From: Candidatus Culexmicrobium thermophilum
GTDB lineage: Archaea > Thermoproteota > Methanomethylicia > Culexarchaeales > B10-G16
Assembly (NCBI GenBank): GCA_025061095.1
Contig: JANZKB010000001.1
Span: 67,078-112,765 of the forward strand
Length of the DNA stretch: 45,688 bases
Direction of reading: 5' to 3'
Part shown: positions 19,121 to 28,449 of the stretch, in pieces
How positions within the stretch are numbered: the stretch's first letter is position 1
Layout of the letters: each line of letters begins with the position of its first letter
Program-made: the position numbers and the translations under genes
Notes under the pieces: model-generated
Seen by the model: the letters and a program-made list of their open reading frames with translations, nothing else
The model's database searches: none
What the model was told of the DNA's origin: nothing

Positions 19121-19984
19121 AGCTTTAAGGAGATCTCTGTCGTTGATCATACCTATTAATTCACCTTTTGCATCTAGAACTGGAAGTTGATCTATATTGT
19201 AGAGTTTCATTTTCTTCGCGCAAAGATTGATTGGGGTCTGTTCAACCACTGTAATCACCTTTTTCACCATGATTTCATTTACGGGTTTTTCGGGCAGTGT
19301 AAGTTCCTTGCTACTTATATATAGAACGGTTACTGAATCCCAATTCCAATCTTGACCTTCAGTGGCCGCTCTAATGGAAGAAGTATGCTCTTTTACTATA
19401 ATCTCTGCAAATGATATAATATCTGATATTGATACTATTCCAGCCAATTTACCTTGAGAATTGATCACTGGAAGAGCCTGCATCTTCGATAATTGCATGA
19501 TCTTATAGGTTGCAGGTAAAGGCGTCTTCTCCCATACTGCAGTAATTTTTCTTTCAACTAGATCTCTTATCGGCTGGGTAAGTTGACGATTAATAGCTAT
19601 CACTTTATGTACAATATCAGCAACTGTGATTATACCTACGAGTTCACCATTCAAGACTACAGGCAATCTTCTGATATCATTTTTTAGAAAAATTTTTGCA
19701 GCATCAATTACATCTGCTTCAGGATTTATGGTTATGGGATTCCTGGTCATTAGAAGAGCAATTTGATCTTCTGAAGGGTTGTTCATCAAGTCCGTTCTAG
19801 TTATTATTCCAATAACCCTTCTCGTTCCTTTTTTCACAACTGGAAGCCCCATAACTTTATGTTTTAACATCAATTGTAGAACATCTTTTCTCGTTCCAGG
19901 AACTTCTGCAAAGATAACATTAGTTGACATTATATTCTTCACTTTCAAATTGTTCAACCTCCAAAATAAATTATAAAAAGCCAT
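19109..19984 (-). CDS. CBS-domain protein (two Bateman modules)
   Basis: Four CBS repeats: LPVV..GIITRTDL, RRLPVV..GIITVADI, LPVI..GIVSISDI, QLPVL..GMINDRDLL. Confidence 0.9.
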   Translation of the reverse strand: MAFYNLFWRLNNLKVKNIMSTNVIFAEVPGTRKDVLQLMLKHKVMGLPVVKKGTRRVIGIITRTDLMNNPSEDQIALLMTRNPITINPEADVIDAAKIFLKNDIRRLPVVLNGELVGIITVADIVHKVIAINRQLTQPIRDLVERKITAVWEKTPLPATYKIMQLSKMQALPVINSQGKLAGIVSISDIISFAEIIVKEHTSSIRAATEGQDWNWDSVTVLYISSKELTLPEKPVNEIMVKKVITVVEQTPINLCAKKMKLYNIDQLPVLDAKGELIGMINDRDLLKALFQ

Positions 19985-20027
19985 TTAAACATACTGTCTT
20001 GGGAAATATTTATTTTTTCCTAATTAT

Positions 20028-20067
20028 ACCTTTATAGAGTTAAAAAGTACACCTTTATAGAGTTAAA
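20028..20067. repeat. Tandem 17-bp direct repeat ACCTTTATAGAGTTAAA (period 23 bp)
   Basis: Exact copies at 20028-20044 and 20051-20067, between the MazG stop and the CBS gene start. Confidence 0.9.
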
Positions 20068-20070
20068 GGA

Positions 20071-20367
20071 TTATCTCATCGGACATGTGCACGGAGAATT
20101 TCCGCAACGCGGACATTTATGATCATATTTAGAGAGAAAAGCGTTTTCCACATCTATGTTTAGAATATTTGCCAATGATAAAAACCATGCTAAAACATCT
20201 GCGAATTCACTCACCATCAACTCATGATCCCTGCTTTTTATGGCATTTGCAAGCTCACCTACTTCTTCGACAAACCACATAAAGGTTTTTTCCACACCTC
20301 TTATTCGATCTCTTTCATAGTAGATGTCTTTAAGCATCATCTGTAGATTTTTAAGGGAATATGCCAT
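20071..20367 (-). CDS. MazG-like nucleotide pyrophosphohydrolase with C-terminal Cys cluster
   Basis: W..EEVGELA.A, EFADVLAW..SLAN, KY...CPRCG..PC.C. Confidence 0.88.
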   Translation of the reverse strand: MAYSLKNLQMMLKDIYYERDRIRGVEKTFMWFVEEVGELANAIKSRDHELMVSEFADVLAWFLSLANILNIDVENAFLSKYDHKCPRCGNSPCTCPMR

Positions 20368-20454
20368 TTCTAGGCCTCCACAAACCTGTGTATAGGGCGT
20401 GTATAACCTAAATAATTATTAGTATGAAAATTTTACTGATATTAGGGGATCTAA

Positions 20455-20640
20455 ATGTCGAGGAGAAAGAAAAGAAGAGATGAAGGGTTTATGCCCATTA
20501 CTGGTGCCGGCCTCGTCAGATTCTTCGAAGAAGAAGTTAAAGGTATAAAAGTGAGTCCAATTCACGTTATAATTATGGCGTCGGCACTAATAGTGTTCGC
20601 AATATTAGGGAATATGGGAATACTCCAGTTTATAAGATAA
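20455..20640 (+). CDS. secG: Preprotein translocase subunit Sec61-beta (archaeal SecG)
   Basis: AGLVRFFEEE...IKVSP followed by a single TM helix. Confidence 0.92.
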   Translation: MSRRKKRRDEGFMPITGAGLVRFFEEEVKGIKVSPIHVIIMASALIVFAILGNMGILQFIR

Positions 20641-20665
20641 AGTAAAGTTGTTTTCAGGTTCCGAT

Positions 20666-21190
20666 TTAAAATTCGATATCATTATACGAGATTATTTTGC
20701 TTATCCCCATAGGATCCTCTATGATCAGAGTGAAGGAAAGCTCACCTTTAATGGCCCTTTCACATTTTTCTAATGCTTCAACACATTTTTCTTTTATACT
20801 GGCCGAATTTGACAACACCATAATTCTCTTTATGGCATTTTTCACCCTTTGAAGAACACCTTCCACATTGGTTATGAAGCTTTGGGCGGCCGGCCCAGGT
20901 TCAATAACTACACCAAGTTCAGGGATTAATATTATACCTGTACTTGATCTAACCACCTTGGCATATAAATCCTTCTTGGAAGAAACTTTTAAAACATGTT
21001 TAAAACTAGAAGTCTGCGATAAGGGTATAGTTTCAGCATATTTGTAGCCACAGTTGCTGCAGATCCATGAGATTATGAGAGTATCTCCAAAATGAGGAAT
21101 AGTCTTTACCATTTCCTTTAAATTTAACGTTTTCTTTCCACATACCGGGCAGGTAGCCGTTCTGATGAACTTCGGAATATCACTGTTCAT
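20666..21190 (-). CDS. ZPR1-type zinc-finger protein
   Basis: CPVC..IPHFG..CSNCGYK, VVRSS.G.I.IPELG..IEPGP, ITNVEGVL, FTLIIEDP.G.S.I. Confidence 0.9.
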   Translation of the reverse strand: MNSDIPKFIRTATCPVCGKKTLNLKEMVKTIPHFGDTLIISWICSNCGYKYAETIPLSQTSSFKHVLKVSSKKDLYAKVVRSSTGIILIPELGVVIEPGPAAQSFITNVEGVLQRVKNAIKRIMVLSNSASIKEKCVEALEKCERAIKGELSFTLIIEDPMGISKIISYNDIEF

Positions 21191-21242
21191 ATTTCTCCTC
21201 CAAGATATAGTTAAATAGACAAACTTAAAAGAGATTCTCGAA

Positions 21243-23057
21243 ATGGTGAGAAGCTTGGAAGCAACAGAAGAGATATCTGCTAGATATAAATTTTTATTTA
21301 CCCTGCCAAGCTATAGGGGGATAATTTATCTCATAATTATTTTGAGCTTACTTTTTGGAGGTTTAACTACTTATGGATTATTTGTACCTTTAAATGTAGC
21401 GTCTCCCCTAAATTCTTTCTTGGCAACGTATTTTATGTACTTCTTCTCGGCGATAGCCGCCATCTTCTTAACCAATAGAATCGTCGAACCTAAGATCTTA
21501 ACTATGCGGCGACTGGCAGGATTATCGTTATTTGGATTGCTATACGCGGGAATGTTACATGTCACAGCGTCTTCTATTTTTCTCATATTCAGAAACCTGA
21601 GGGCATCATTGACGACTATGTTGATAGGTTTCGGAGCTAGCTGTGCAATAAGATATTTAGTGTTGAGAAGCATGGAGGGAAGGAGGGGTAGATCTATAAT
21701 AGGGGCGTTAACTCAACCGGTTATAGGGATTTTTTTCTATGAATTGATGATACGGGATATGCAAATACCTTTAGAAATGGAAATTTTAAGGGTGTTTTAT
21801 GTTCTGGGTTCATTTACCATAGTTTCATGGTTCCTATTGGAAGCAATAGACGTATATTTAAAGAAAACTTACGGGTTTGATGGATTAAAGTTTTTCCAGG
21901 CATTTTTAAAAAATTGGCTGTTAGGAGAAGCCGAGGATTTAGAAAAAATGCTATATGAAAGATCAGAGGAAGATGATGTGGAAATTTACATTGTTGAATT
22001 TTTATCGAAGAATAATAAAAGATATGCATTTATCATACCGAAAATCCATTTCGGACCTTTTAGAAATGTGGGAAGCAGTGAATTACCAGCAAAAATAATT
22101 AAAAGATTAAGGGAAAGAGGAATCATTGGTGTTGTCTTTCATTATGCAACTACACATGAAAAAGATTTAGCTACAAGCAAAGATAACGAGAAAATTTTAG
22201 AGGAGATCATCCGAGAATTGGAAAATAAAAGCAAAAAGATTTATGATAAGGCGACACCCATCCTTGAGAATAAACATGGAAATACAAGGGTCTATTGCCA
22301 AATATTGGGGGAGACTGCTCTAATAATAGTCACGAGAGCTCCTAGAACAACAGATGATTTACCAATATGGGTTGAGAAAGCAATTACAGCTAAAGCTCAA
22401 GAGAAGGGATTTAAAGAAGCCATACTTATTGATGCACATAATAGTTTAAATGTTGATAAACCTGGGGAGGAAGATTTCCTCGAAGTAATAAAGTCTGTGG
22501 AGAAGGCATTTGATAAAACGTTAAAGCTTAAGAGGGAAAGTTTGTTTTTAAACATTTCTCAAATAATAACATCGAAAAAGATGTTGCGAATGGGATTAGG
22601 GGAGGGGGGGATATCTTCGATAACGATTCGAATCGGTAGTGATGAAAAAACATTCATAGTGTTCGATGGAAATAACATGTTGCCTGAATTTAGAGAAGAA
22701 TTACTAAAGAGATTAGAAATGAAAGGATTTAAGAGTTGTGAGCTTCTCACCACGGACACACATAGCGTTAACGCATTAACTACGAATATGAGAGGATATT
22801 CTTTGATAGGGGAAAAGGAGAATTATGAGATCGCATTGGAATACGCCGAAAAGACTGCAATGGAATCTAAAAGAGAATTGGCGAAAGTGAATTACAGTGT
22901 GAGAAAAATTGTAATTAGAGGAGTGAGAGTGCTGGGTAAAAGCATTCTTGATGAATTGGCGAAAGCGATTAACACTTCTCTTAAACGAGCCAAGAAATAT
23001 GCGATTGTGGGATATTCCATCGCATTCATTAGTTCATTTCTTTTAGGAGTAATCTGA
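21243..23057 (+). CDS. DUF2070 (COG3356) membrane protein, predicted metal-dependent hydrolase domain
   Basis: About 6 N-terminal TM helices, then HFGPF..GSS.LP, H....HE.D, DAHN, DGNNM, TTDTH, and a C-terminal TM. Confidence 0.85.
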   Translation: MVRSLEATEEISARYKFLFTLPSYRGIIYLIIILSLLFGGLTTYGLFVPLNVASPLNSFLATYFMYFFSAIAAIFLTNRIVEPKILTMRRLAGLSLFGLLYAGMLHVTASSIFLIFRNLRASLTTMLIGFGASCAIRYLVLRSMEGRRGRSIIGALTQPVIGIFFYELMIRDMQIPLEMEILRVFYVLGSFTIVSWFLLEAIDVYLKKTYGFDGLKFFQAFLKNWLLGEAEDLEKMLYERSEEDDVEIYIVEFLSKNNKRYAFIIPKIHFGPFRNVGSSELPAKIIKRLRERGIIGVVFHYATTHEKDLATSKDNEKILEEIIRELENKSKKIYDKATPILENKHGNTRVYCQILGETALIIVTRAPRTTDDLPIWVEKAITAKAQEKGFKEAILIDAHNSLNVDKPGEEDFLEVIKSVEKAFDKTLKLKRESLFLNISQIITSKKMLRMGLGEGGISSITIRIGSDEKTFIVFDGNNMLPEFREELLKRLEMKGFKSCELLTTDTHSVNALTTNMRGYSLIGEKENYEIALEYAEKTAMESKRELAKVNYSVRKIVIRGVRVLGKSILDELAKAINTSLKRAKKYAIVGYSIAFISSFLLGVI

Positions 23058-23366
23058 ATGAATTCTCTTGTGAAAATCTCATCAAAACTAGGTTAAGCAA
23101 GAAGTGCAGTGGGTGGACATAAATTCATAGTGCCCTATGGAAGCATGTAAGAAACCCAGTTTTAACATAAAGACCGATGAAAATATGAAAATAGAGGGTT
23201 AACGGACGGTAAGTAGGATAATTTTTCAGGTCACAACTATAAATTTTAGCGTTCTTGAGGCAGAATTCAGGGAGCATCAAAGGGGCAGATTTGGAGAGAA
23301 TAATCTTCAACTCATGATAAATTAAACTAATTTTTCCGTGATTTTGTGACGCAATGTCACGTGAAA

Positions 23367-25694
23367 TCACATCACATTTAATAGAGAGTAATAGCATTGA
23401 CCTAAAGACAGCCCGCCATCACCTGGAGGCACAGTTACATGTCTAATTAGATTAAAACCTCTTTCTTCAACAATTTTTTTTATTGAGGAAACTAAGAACT
23501 CATTTACAGCAGCACCTCCTGAAACACCAATGTTACTGGCATTTAATCTTTCAGCTACTTTAGTGGCAACTTCAGCTAAGCTTTTACCTAGAGCTATATG
23601 GACGGATTTTGCAAGAAGCTCCAATGAATATTTTTTAGAATTCATCAACTCAATAATTTGCTTTAACAATTCAGTTGTAAGTATAAGATATTCACCATTC
23701 TCCCACTTTATTGGAACAGTTATGTCTAGAGGAGACTTATTATGGGCCTTCCATGCAAAGGATTCAAATTTCATTGCAGGTTCACCTTCATATGTGCGAT
23801 GATAACATATTCCGAACAGCGCTGAAAAAGCATCGAGAATTCGCCCCATACTTGATGTATAAGTTATGTTGAATTTCCTTTCAAGTTGTTCAAGAGCTAA
23901 GAGAATACCTTTCTCACCATGTTTGAAACCAGCTATAACGTTTTTTGTGAGAAAGTTGAAAACAAAATCCTTTGAGTAAACCTTTGTCAGCATACCTGCT
24001 AAAATGTAGGCAGGATACTTAGTTGCGAGATCCCCTCCAAGTAAAGGCACATATTCTAAATGGCCAACTCTGAAGAATTTTTTATTTTTATATGCTAATA
24101 TTTCTCCACCCCATGCTTGCCCATCTAAACCATATCCATAACCATCAATAACGATACAGACCGAAGGTTCATTTACGGGTATTTTTGAATCCGCCATTAA
24201 GGAGGCAAAATGCCCGATGTGATGTTGAACTGGAATTAGCTCTGCACTAAATTTCTTACAATATTTAGCTGCAAGCCTCCTTGAAGAGAACATTGGATGT
24301 AGATCGCATGAAACATAATGAATTTCTGATGTTCTAGTAATCTTAATTATAAAGTTCAAGGCAGATTCAAGAAATGTCAAGGTGGTTAATCTATCAGTGT
24401 CACCGATATGCTGAGTTATATAACATTTATTTTCCTTCAATAAAGCGCCTGTTACAAATTCTTCTCCACCCATTGCAAGTATATTCAGTTTGTTTCCTAG
24501 TGGTAACTTAACGGGAACAGGTACATAGCCCCTTGATCTTCGAATCATAACAGGCAATTTTGACGTCACACGCAATACTGAATCATCACATCTATTTATT
24601 ATGCGTCTATTGTGAATAAGTAGATAATCAACTATGTTTTCAAGTTTTTTAAAAGCTTCACTATTGCTAATGACCATAGGTTCACCTGGAAGGTTACCAC
24701 TAGTCATTATTAAAGCAGGTTCCCTTGAAAAGGATAGTAGAAGTAAATGGATACCAGTGTACGGAAGCATGACACCGATCGTATGCAATCCTGGAGAGAT
24801 CCATTTAGATAAGAAGTAATTATCAGACTTCTGCAATAATATAATTGGACGAATATAAGATGTTAGAAGCTTTTCTTCTATAGGGGATATAACTGCAAAG
24901 GTTTTAACGGTATCAATATTAGGAGACATAACTGCGAAAGGTTGGGAAGGACGTTTTCTTCTCCTTCTTAGTTTAAGGACTACATCATCGTCCGTAGTTT
25001 TAGAAGCAATATGAAAACCGCCGAGACCTTTCACACCTATAATAAACCCTTCTCTAAGCAGTTTGGCAGCCTCAAATATTGGATCTGAGGTATTAACTAA
25101 TTCCCCATCAATAGAGTAGAGAAAAATTTTTGGGCCGCAATTAGGGCAACATATTCCTTGAGCATGATATCTACGATCATTTGGATCTTGATACTCTTTT
25201 AAACAATCATTACATAATGGAAAGTCAACCATAGATGTGCGGTCACGATCATAAGGCAAATCACAAATCACAGTGAATCGAGGGCCGCACACTGAGCAAT
25301 TTGTAAAAGGATATAGATAGTATCTACTGGAGGGATTCAGAATATCCCTGACACATTCATCACATATACCAACATCTGGGGGAATTATAGACATTTCACC
25401 CTTCGCGATTTTTGAACTCCGCCTTATAGAGAAAGTTGAAAACCTACCTTTATAGGGGAACCATTGGACAATTACATCTTCGATATAAGAGGTTGGAGGT
25501 TTCTGATCATGTAGAAGGTTCAAAAAGGATTTTATTTTCTCTTCCTCACCTTCAATAAAGATTTCTACGCCAGCATCGCCGAGATTTATCACATAGCCAG
25601 TAAGGTTGAGAGATGTAGCCAACTTATATACGAAAGGTCTAAAGCCAACACCTTGCACAATTCCTGAAACATGTACTCTAGCGCTACGGAGCAT
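23367..25694 (-). CDS. hypF: Hydrogenase maturation carbamoyltransferase HypF
   Basis: GIVQGVGFRPFVY, PPD..IC..C, YPFTNC..CGPRF, RRYHAQ, KGLGGFH, TSGN, HH.GH, DG.GYG.DG, TSSMGR, PPGDGGLSLGQ. Confidence 0.97.
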   Translation of the reverse strand: MLRSARVHVSGIVQGVGFRPFVYKLATSLNLTGYVINLGDAGVEIFIEGEEEKIKSFLNLLHDQKPPTSYIEDVIVQWFPYKGRFSTFSIRRSSKIAKGEMSIIPPDVGICDECVRDILNPSSRYYLYPFTNCSVCGPRFTVICDLPYDRDRTSMVDFPLCNDCLKEYQDPNDRRYHAQGICCPNCGPKIFLYSIDGELVNTSDPIFEAAKLLREGFIIGVKGLGGFHIASKTTDDDVVLKLRRRRKRPSQPFAVMSPNIDTVKTFAVISPIEEKLLTSYIRPIILLQKSDNYFLSKWISPGLHTIGVMLPYTGIHLLLLSFSREPALIMTSGNLPGEPMVISNSEAFKKLENIVDYLLIHNRRIINRCDDSVLRVTSKLPVMIRRSRGYVPVPVKLPLGNKLNILAMGGEEFVTGALLKENKCYITQHIGDTDRLTTLTFLESALNFIIKITRTSEIHYVSCDLHPMFSSRRLAAKYCKKFSAELIPVQHHIGHFASLMADSKIPVNEPSVCIVIDGYGYGLDGQAWGGEILAYKNKKFFRVGHLEYVPLLGGDLATKYPAYILAGMLTKVYSKDFVFNFLTKNVIAGFKHGEKGILLALEQLERKFNITYTSSMGRILDAFSALFGICYHRTYEGEPAMKFESFAWKAHNKSPLDITVPIKWENGEYLILTTELLKQIIELMNSKKYSLELLAKSVHIALGKSLAEVATKVAERLNASNIGVSGGAAVNEFLVSSIKKIVEERGFNLIRHVTVPPGDGGLSLGQCYYSLLNVM

Positions 25695-25991
25695 ATAATC
25701 ACGCCTTTTGGAAACCTAAAAGAAACCATGAATTTAAAGCTTTGTGATATGTGATCATTATCCAAATTTGTGATTATGTTACATTTACAATAGTCACACT
25801 CTACCAATAGATGATGGAGATTAAAAGGGAATTCAAAAGAGGAAAGATTATAAAACTTAATATAGATGATGTTAAAAGAGACTAAAGTTTTCAGTAAATA
25901 GTATGAAAGTGATGTGATACAACAACATATCCAAAAGAGCTTTAAGTGAGAAGTTACATATTATGACATAACAAATCAAAGGTATGAGAAT

Positions 25992-26675
25992 ATGAGTCTT
26001 CGCACGAGGGAGGATGCATCTAGAGAACTACAAGAATTTAGGAGAGATGTGACGGAGTATTTTGACCTCATAATCAGAAGACTTGCAAGACTTCGATTAA
26101 TTGAAGAAAGGTTAGATGTTATTGAAGAATATATTACGGACCTTAGAAGTAGGTTAAGAAGATTGGAGACCACAATAAAAGAGTACATTGCAGAACAACC
26201 GCAGCCCAAAACTTCCATTACCTTAAGGGAGAGAAAAATTGAACGAAAACCTATAACGATACCGTCAATAAAACCCGCAATAGAGGTTGCATCCCAAAAA
26301 GCTGAAGAAGAATCTTCAAGGAAATTAGTACAGATACCTTTCACTAAAACCCAAAAAAGGTTAGAAGGAAAAACAGTGACTGAAAGGCTGGCCGTCACAT
26401 CACAGATCACAGATGATGATCTGGTTAGTAAACTGAATCGTCTGACAATAACGGAAAAGGAAATAATCAAAGTGTTAATTAAATATCCAGAATTAAGAGG
26501 AGGAACAGCAATTGCCAGGAGGATTGGTAAGGCTAGGGAACATACAAGCAGGCTTCTTAAAAAATTAGCTGATGAAGGAATTTTAATAAGAGATGAATCA
26601 GTTTGGCCTTATAAATATCAAGTTCCCGAAAAAGTAAAACAGATAATAATGCTAAGAGAACAATTAAGTACATGA
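25992..26675 (+). CDS. Uncharacterised N-terminal coiled-coil / C-terminal winged-helix DNA-binding protein
   Basis: Heptad pattern (LARLRLIEERLDVIEEYITDLRSRLRRLE), Pro-rich linker, LT.TEKEII..L..IARRIGKAREHTSRLLKKL..EGILIR..PYKY wHTH. Confidence 0.8.
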   Translation: MSLRTREDASRELQEFRRDVTEYFDLIIRRLARLRLIEERLDVIEEYITDLRSRLRRLETTIKEYIAEQPQPKTSITLRERKIERKPITIPSIKPAIEVASQKAEEESSRKLVQIPFTKTQKRLEGKTVTERLAVTSQITDDDLVSKLNRLTITEKEIIKVLIKYPELRGGTAIARRIGKAREHTSRLLKKLADEGILIRDESVWPYKYQVPEKVKQIIMLREQLST

Positions 26676-26694
26676 ATTTAATTATATGAAAATC

Positions 26695-27120
26695 TTAAAG
26701 TTCATTGGTGATTTTAGGGGAGATTGTGTACTGTCTTCTTGCACGTGTCCCTCTCCTCAATAAAATCCCACGATAGTAAAACCTTGAAAGATAGGTGGAT
26801 ATAACGTTTTCTGGGATAATTTCAGAGTATTCATCATAGAAAGCCGCTGCAACATCTTTACTCGTAAACCAACGATTATGAAAACGTTTGTTAAGCAGAA
26901 GAAGTATCCTTTCCTTTAACCCTTTAGTTTTGGTTTGTTTCGTGATGTTACTTGTGACATTGTGACTTAAAGAATACTCAGAGGAAGTTGAAGTCGCAAA
27001 GATCTCTAATAAATCTAGAAATTGCTTTATTTTATTATTGTTAAAAGTCCCTTCTAAAGTAATTGTTATCTTCTCGCCAAGGGGAGAGACGTACTCAACA
27101 CGCCACTTAGGCTTCTTCAT
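26695..27120 (-). CDS. Uncharacterised protein: small N-terminal beta/alpha domain, Ser/Thr linker, C-terminal winged helix
   Basis: WFTSKDV...F...Y.E.I....ISTYLSR....GIL.RRG....RQY. GGGGT SD precedes the ATG at 27120; the longer track ORF (to 27345) runs through non-coding A-rich DNA. Confidence 0.75.
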   Translation of the reverse strand: MKKPKWRVEYVSPLGEKITITLEGTFNNNKIKQFLDLLEIFATSTSSEYSLSHNVTSNITKQTKTKGLKERILLLLNKRFHNRWFTSKDVAAAFYDEYSEIIPENVISTYLSRFYYRGILLRRGTRARRQYTISPKITNEL

Positions 27121-27340
27121 TAAGATAACCCCAACCATTCCAGTTGTGTGAATTATATTATAACAGAAATATAATAGCTTTTCGGCCAAAAATATAAGTT
27201 GATAACAAAATAGAAAAAATAAAAAAGAAAAATTTTGGCCAAAAAGGGCAAAAAAAGGATTTATACAAACATTTCTTCCAAAAAATCTAAAAGAGAAGAA
27301 AAAATAAAGAATCAAGCGTAAATCAGGTTTTTCGGGAGGA

Positions 27341-27360
27341 TCCACTGGAAATAAAGGGGT
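27341..27360 (+). promoter_or_regulatory. Origin recognition box (ORB) 1
   Basis: TCCACTGGAAATAAAGGGGT matches the archaeal ORB consensus TCCAnTGGAAAnnAAGGGGT including the G-string. Confidence 0.8.
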
Positions 27361-27380
27361 AAACAGTTGTCAACTGTTTA
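27360..27380. repeat. Perfect 10-bp inverted repeat abutting ORB1
   Basis: TAAACAGTTG-T-CAACTGTTTA. Confidence 0.85.
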
Positions 27381-27886
27381 TTATGATAACATCTTGCAAG
27401 ATAAAAGGTTAAATAAAACCTCTACAAATATGGTAGAATAGAGTAGCAAGGCCAGCGGAATACCAATTTAACCAACAAAAAGACAAAAAACTCTTGTATA
27501 CTGAGAAGTAAACTATAAAAAACAAGAGAACAATATTCCAACTAAAAATACCTTGACTTTTTTAGATAAAATATTGGAAAGTCGATGATCTCAAACATCT
27601 TTAAAAAGAGCTGTATTGGCAAAATTGATGATCTCATGATAGAAAGATTTAAATATAAAAATTGAAGCATTCGTGAAGGTTACAATCATAGTACACCATA
27701 TATGATACTAATTAAACCAATAAAAAAGCATTTTTCGAGGTTTTTGAATCCTTATGGAACCATCAAACACGAGAAAAATAGCCGTTAGAAAAGTCTAAAA
27801 CAAGACGAAAAGCTTCGGATTCATAGTTCCGAACGGAACCATAAAGGCATAAAAACGCCGCATAACACTAGCAAAAACAACACACA

Positions 27887-27908
27887 ACCCCCTCATTTTC
27901 TATTGGAA
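27887..27908 (-). promoter_or_regulatory. ORB-like element 2 (inverted relative to ORB1)
   Basis: Reverse complement TTCCAATAGAAAATGAGGGGGT. Confidence 0.6.
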
Positions 27909-28037
27909 AATCAAAAAATAGATAACAATAAATATATAAAATATATTTCGATAAAAATAGATAAAATTATAAATAATATTAGATAAAAATACTTAAATAC
28001 TCAACCTCACACATACTAGTGGGGTATTTTCATATAA

Positions 28038-28403
28038 ATGAAATACAATAATGAAACCTTTAAGAGGGTATTTTCCACAGGAATTATAGGGGTCTGTGTG
28101 TCCTATATAGATGATGAGCGGGCTTTAGCGTTAGCTAGTTTTGTTCCGAAAAATGAGCGTCTAAAACTGCTTAAAATAGTATTTGAAGCTTGTGGTGAGA
28201 ATATTTCTAGAACTGCTAAAGAGATCAAAATTACTAGAGCACAACTTTATCGTTATCTAGGTAGAGCTGAAAGAGTTGATATTCCTTCAGATGAGATCTT
28301 AGCAAGAATTATAAAGGCGGCCTATAAGTTGAGACCTGTTAAAACTCGTGATTTCTTTAGATTTCTTCTAAGACAATTTAGAGTTCTCATAACTAGACTA
28401 TAA
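28038..28403 (+). CDS. Small helix-turn-helix protein
   Basis: R.KLL.I.....ENISRTAKEIKITRAQLYRYL....IPSDEILARII. Start is either ATG 28038 or GTG 28098. Confidence 0.75.
   Translation: MKYNNETFKRVFSTGIIGVCVSYIDDERALALASFVPKNERLKLLKIVFEACGENISRTAKEIKITRAQLYRYLGRAERVDIPSDEILARIIKAAYKLRPVKTRDFFRFLLRQFRVLITRL
28073..28093 (+). promoter_or_regulatory. ORB-like element 3 overlapping the 5' region of the HTH gene
   Basis: TTCCACAGGAATTATAGGGGT; the G-string may double as a Shine-Dalgarno sequence. Confidence 0.55.
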
Positions 28404-28449
28404 TCTAGATGATTAACTAATAATCAAAAGATTAGGGAGGGTATTAAAA

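Larger units (their letters stand above)
27140..28095. other. Candidate chromosomal replication origin (oriC) with ORB elements and AT-rich unwinding tract
   Basis: About 0.9 kb of AT-rich intergenic DNA with three ORB-like elements (27341, 27887, 28073), palindromes and direct repeats, and a very AT-rich tract at ~27910-28000. Confidence 0.7.

Noticed and set aside
23060-23335. Purine-rich spacer between DUF2070 and hypF, with a 90-aa minus-strand ORF
   Set aside because: No recognisable motif, multiple stops in the + frames, and the minus ORF overlaps the hypF end; possibly old gene debris but unsupported
27121-27345. Phe-rich N-terminal extension of the ORF at 26695
   Set aside because: It is the translation of A-tract non-coding DNA overlapping ORB1; an SD-led ATG exists at 27120
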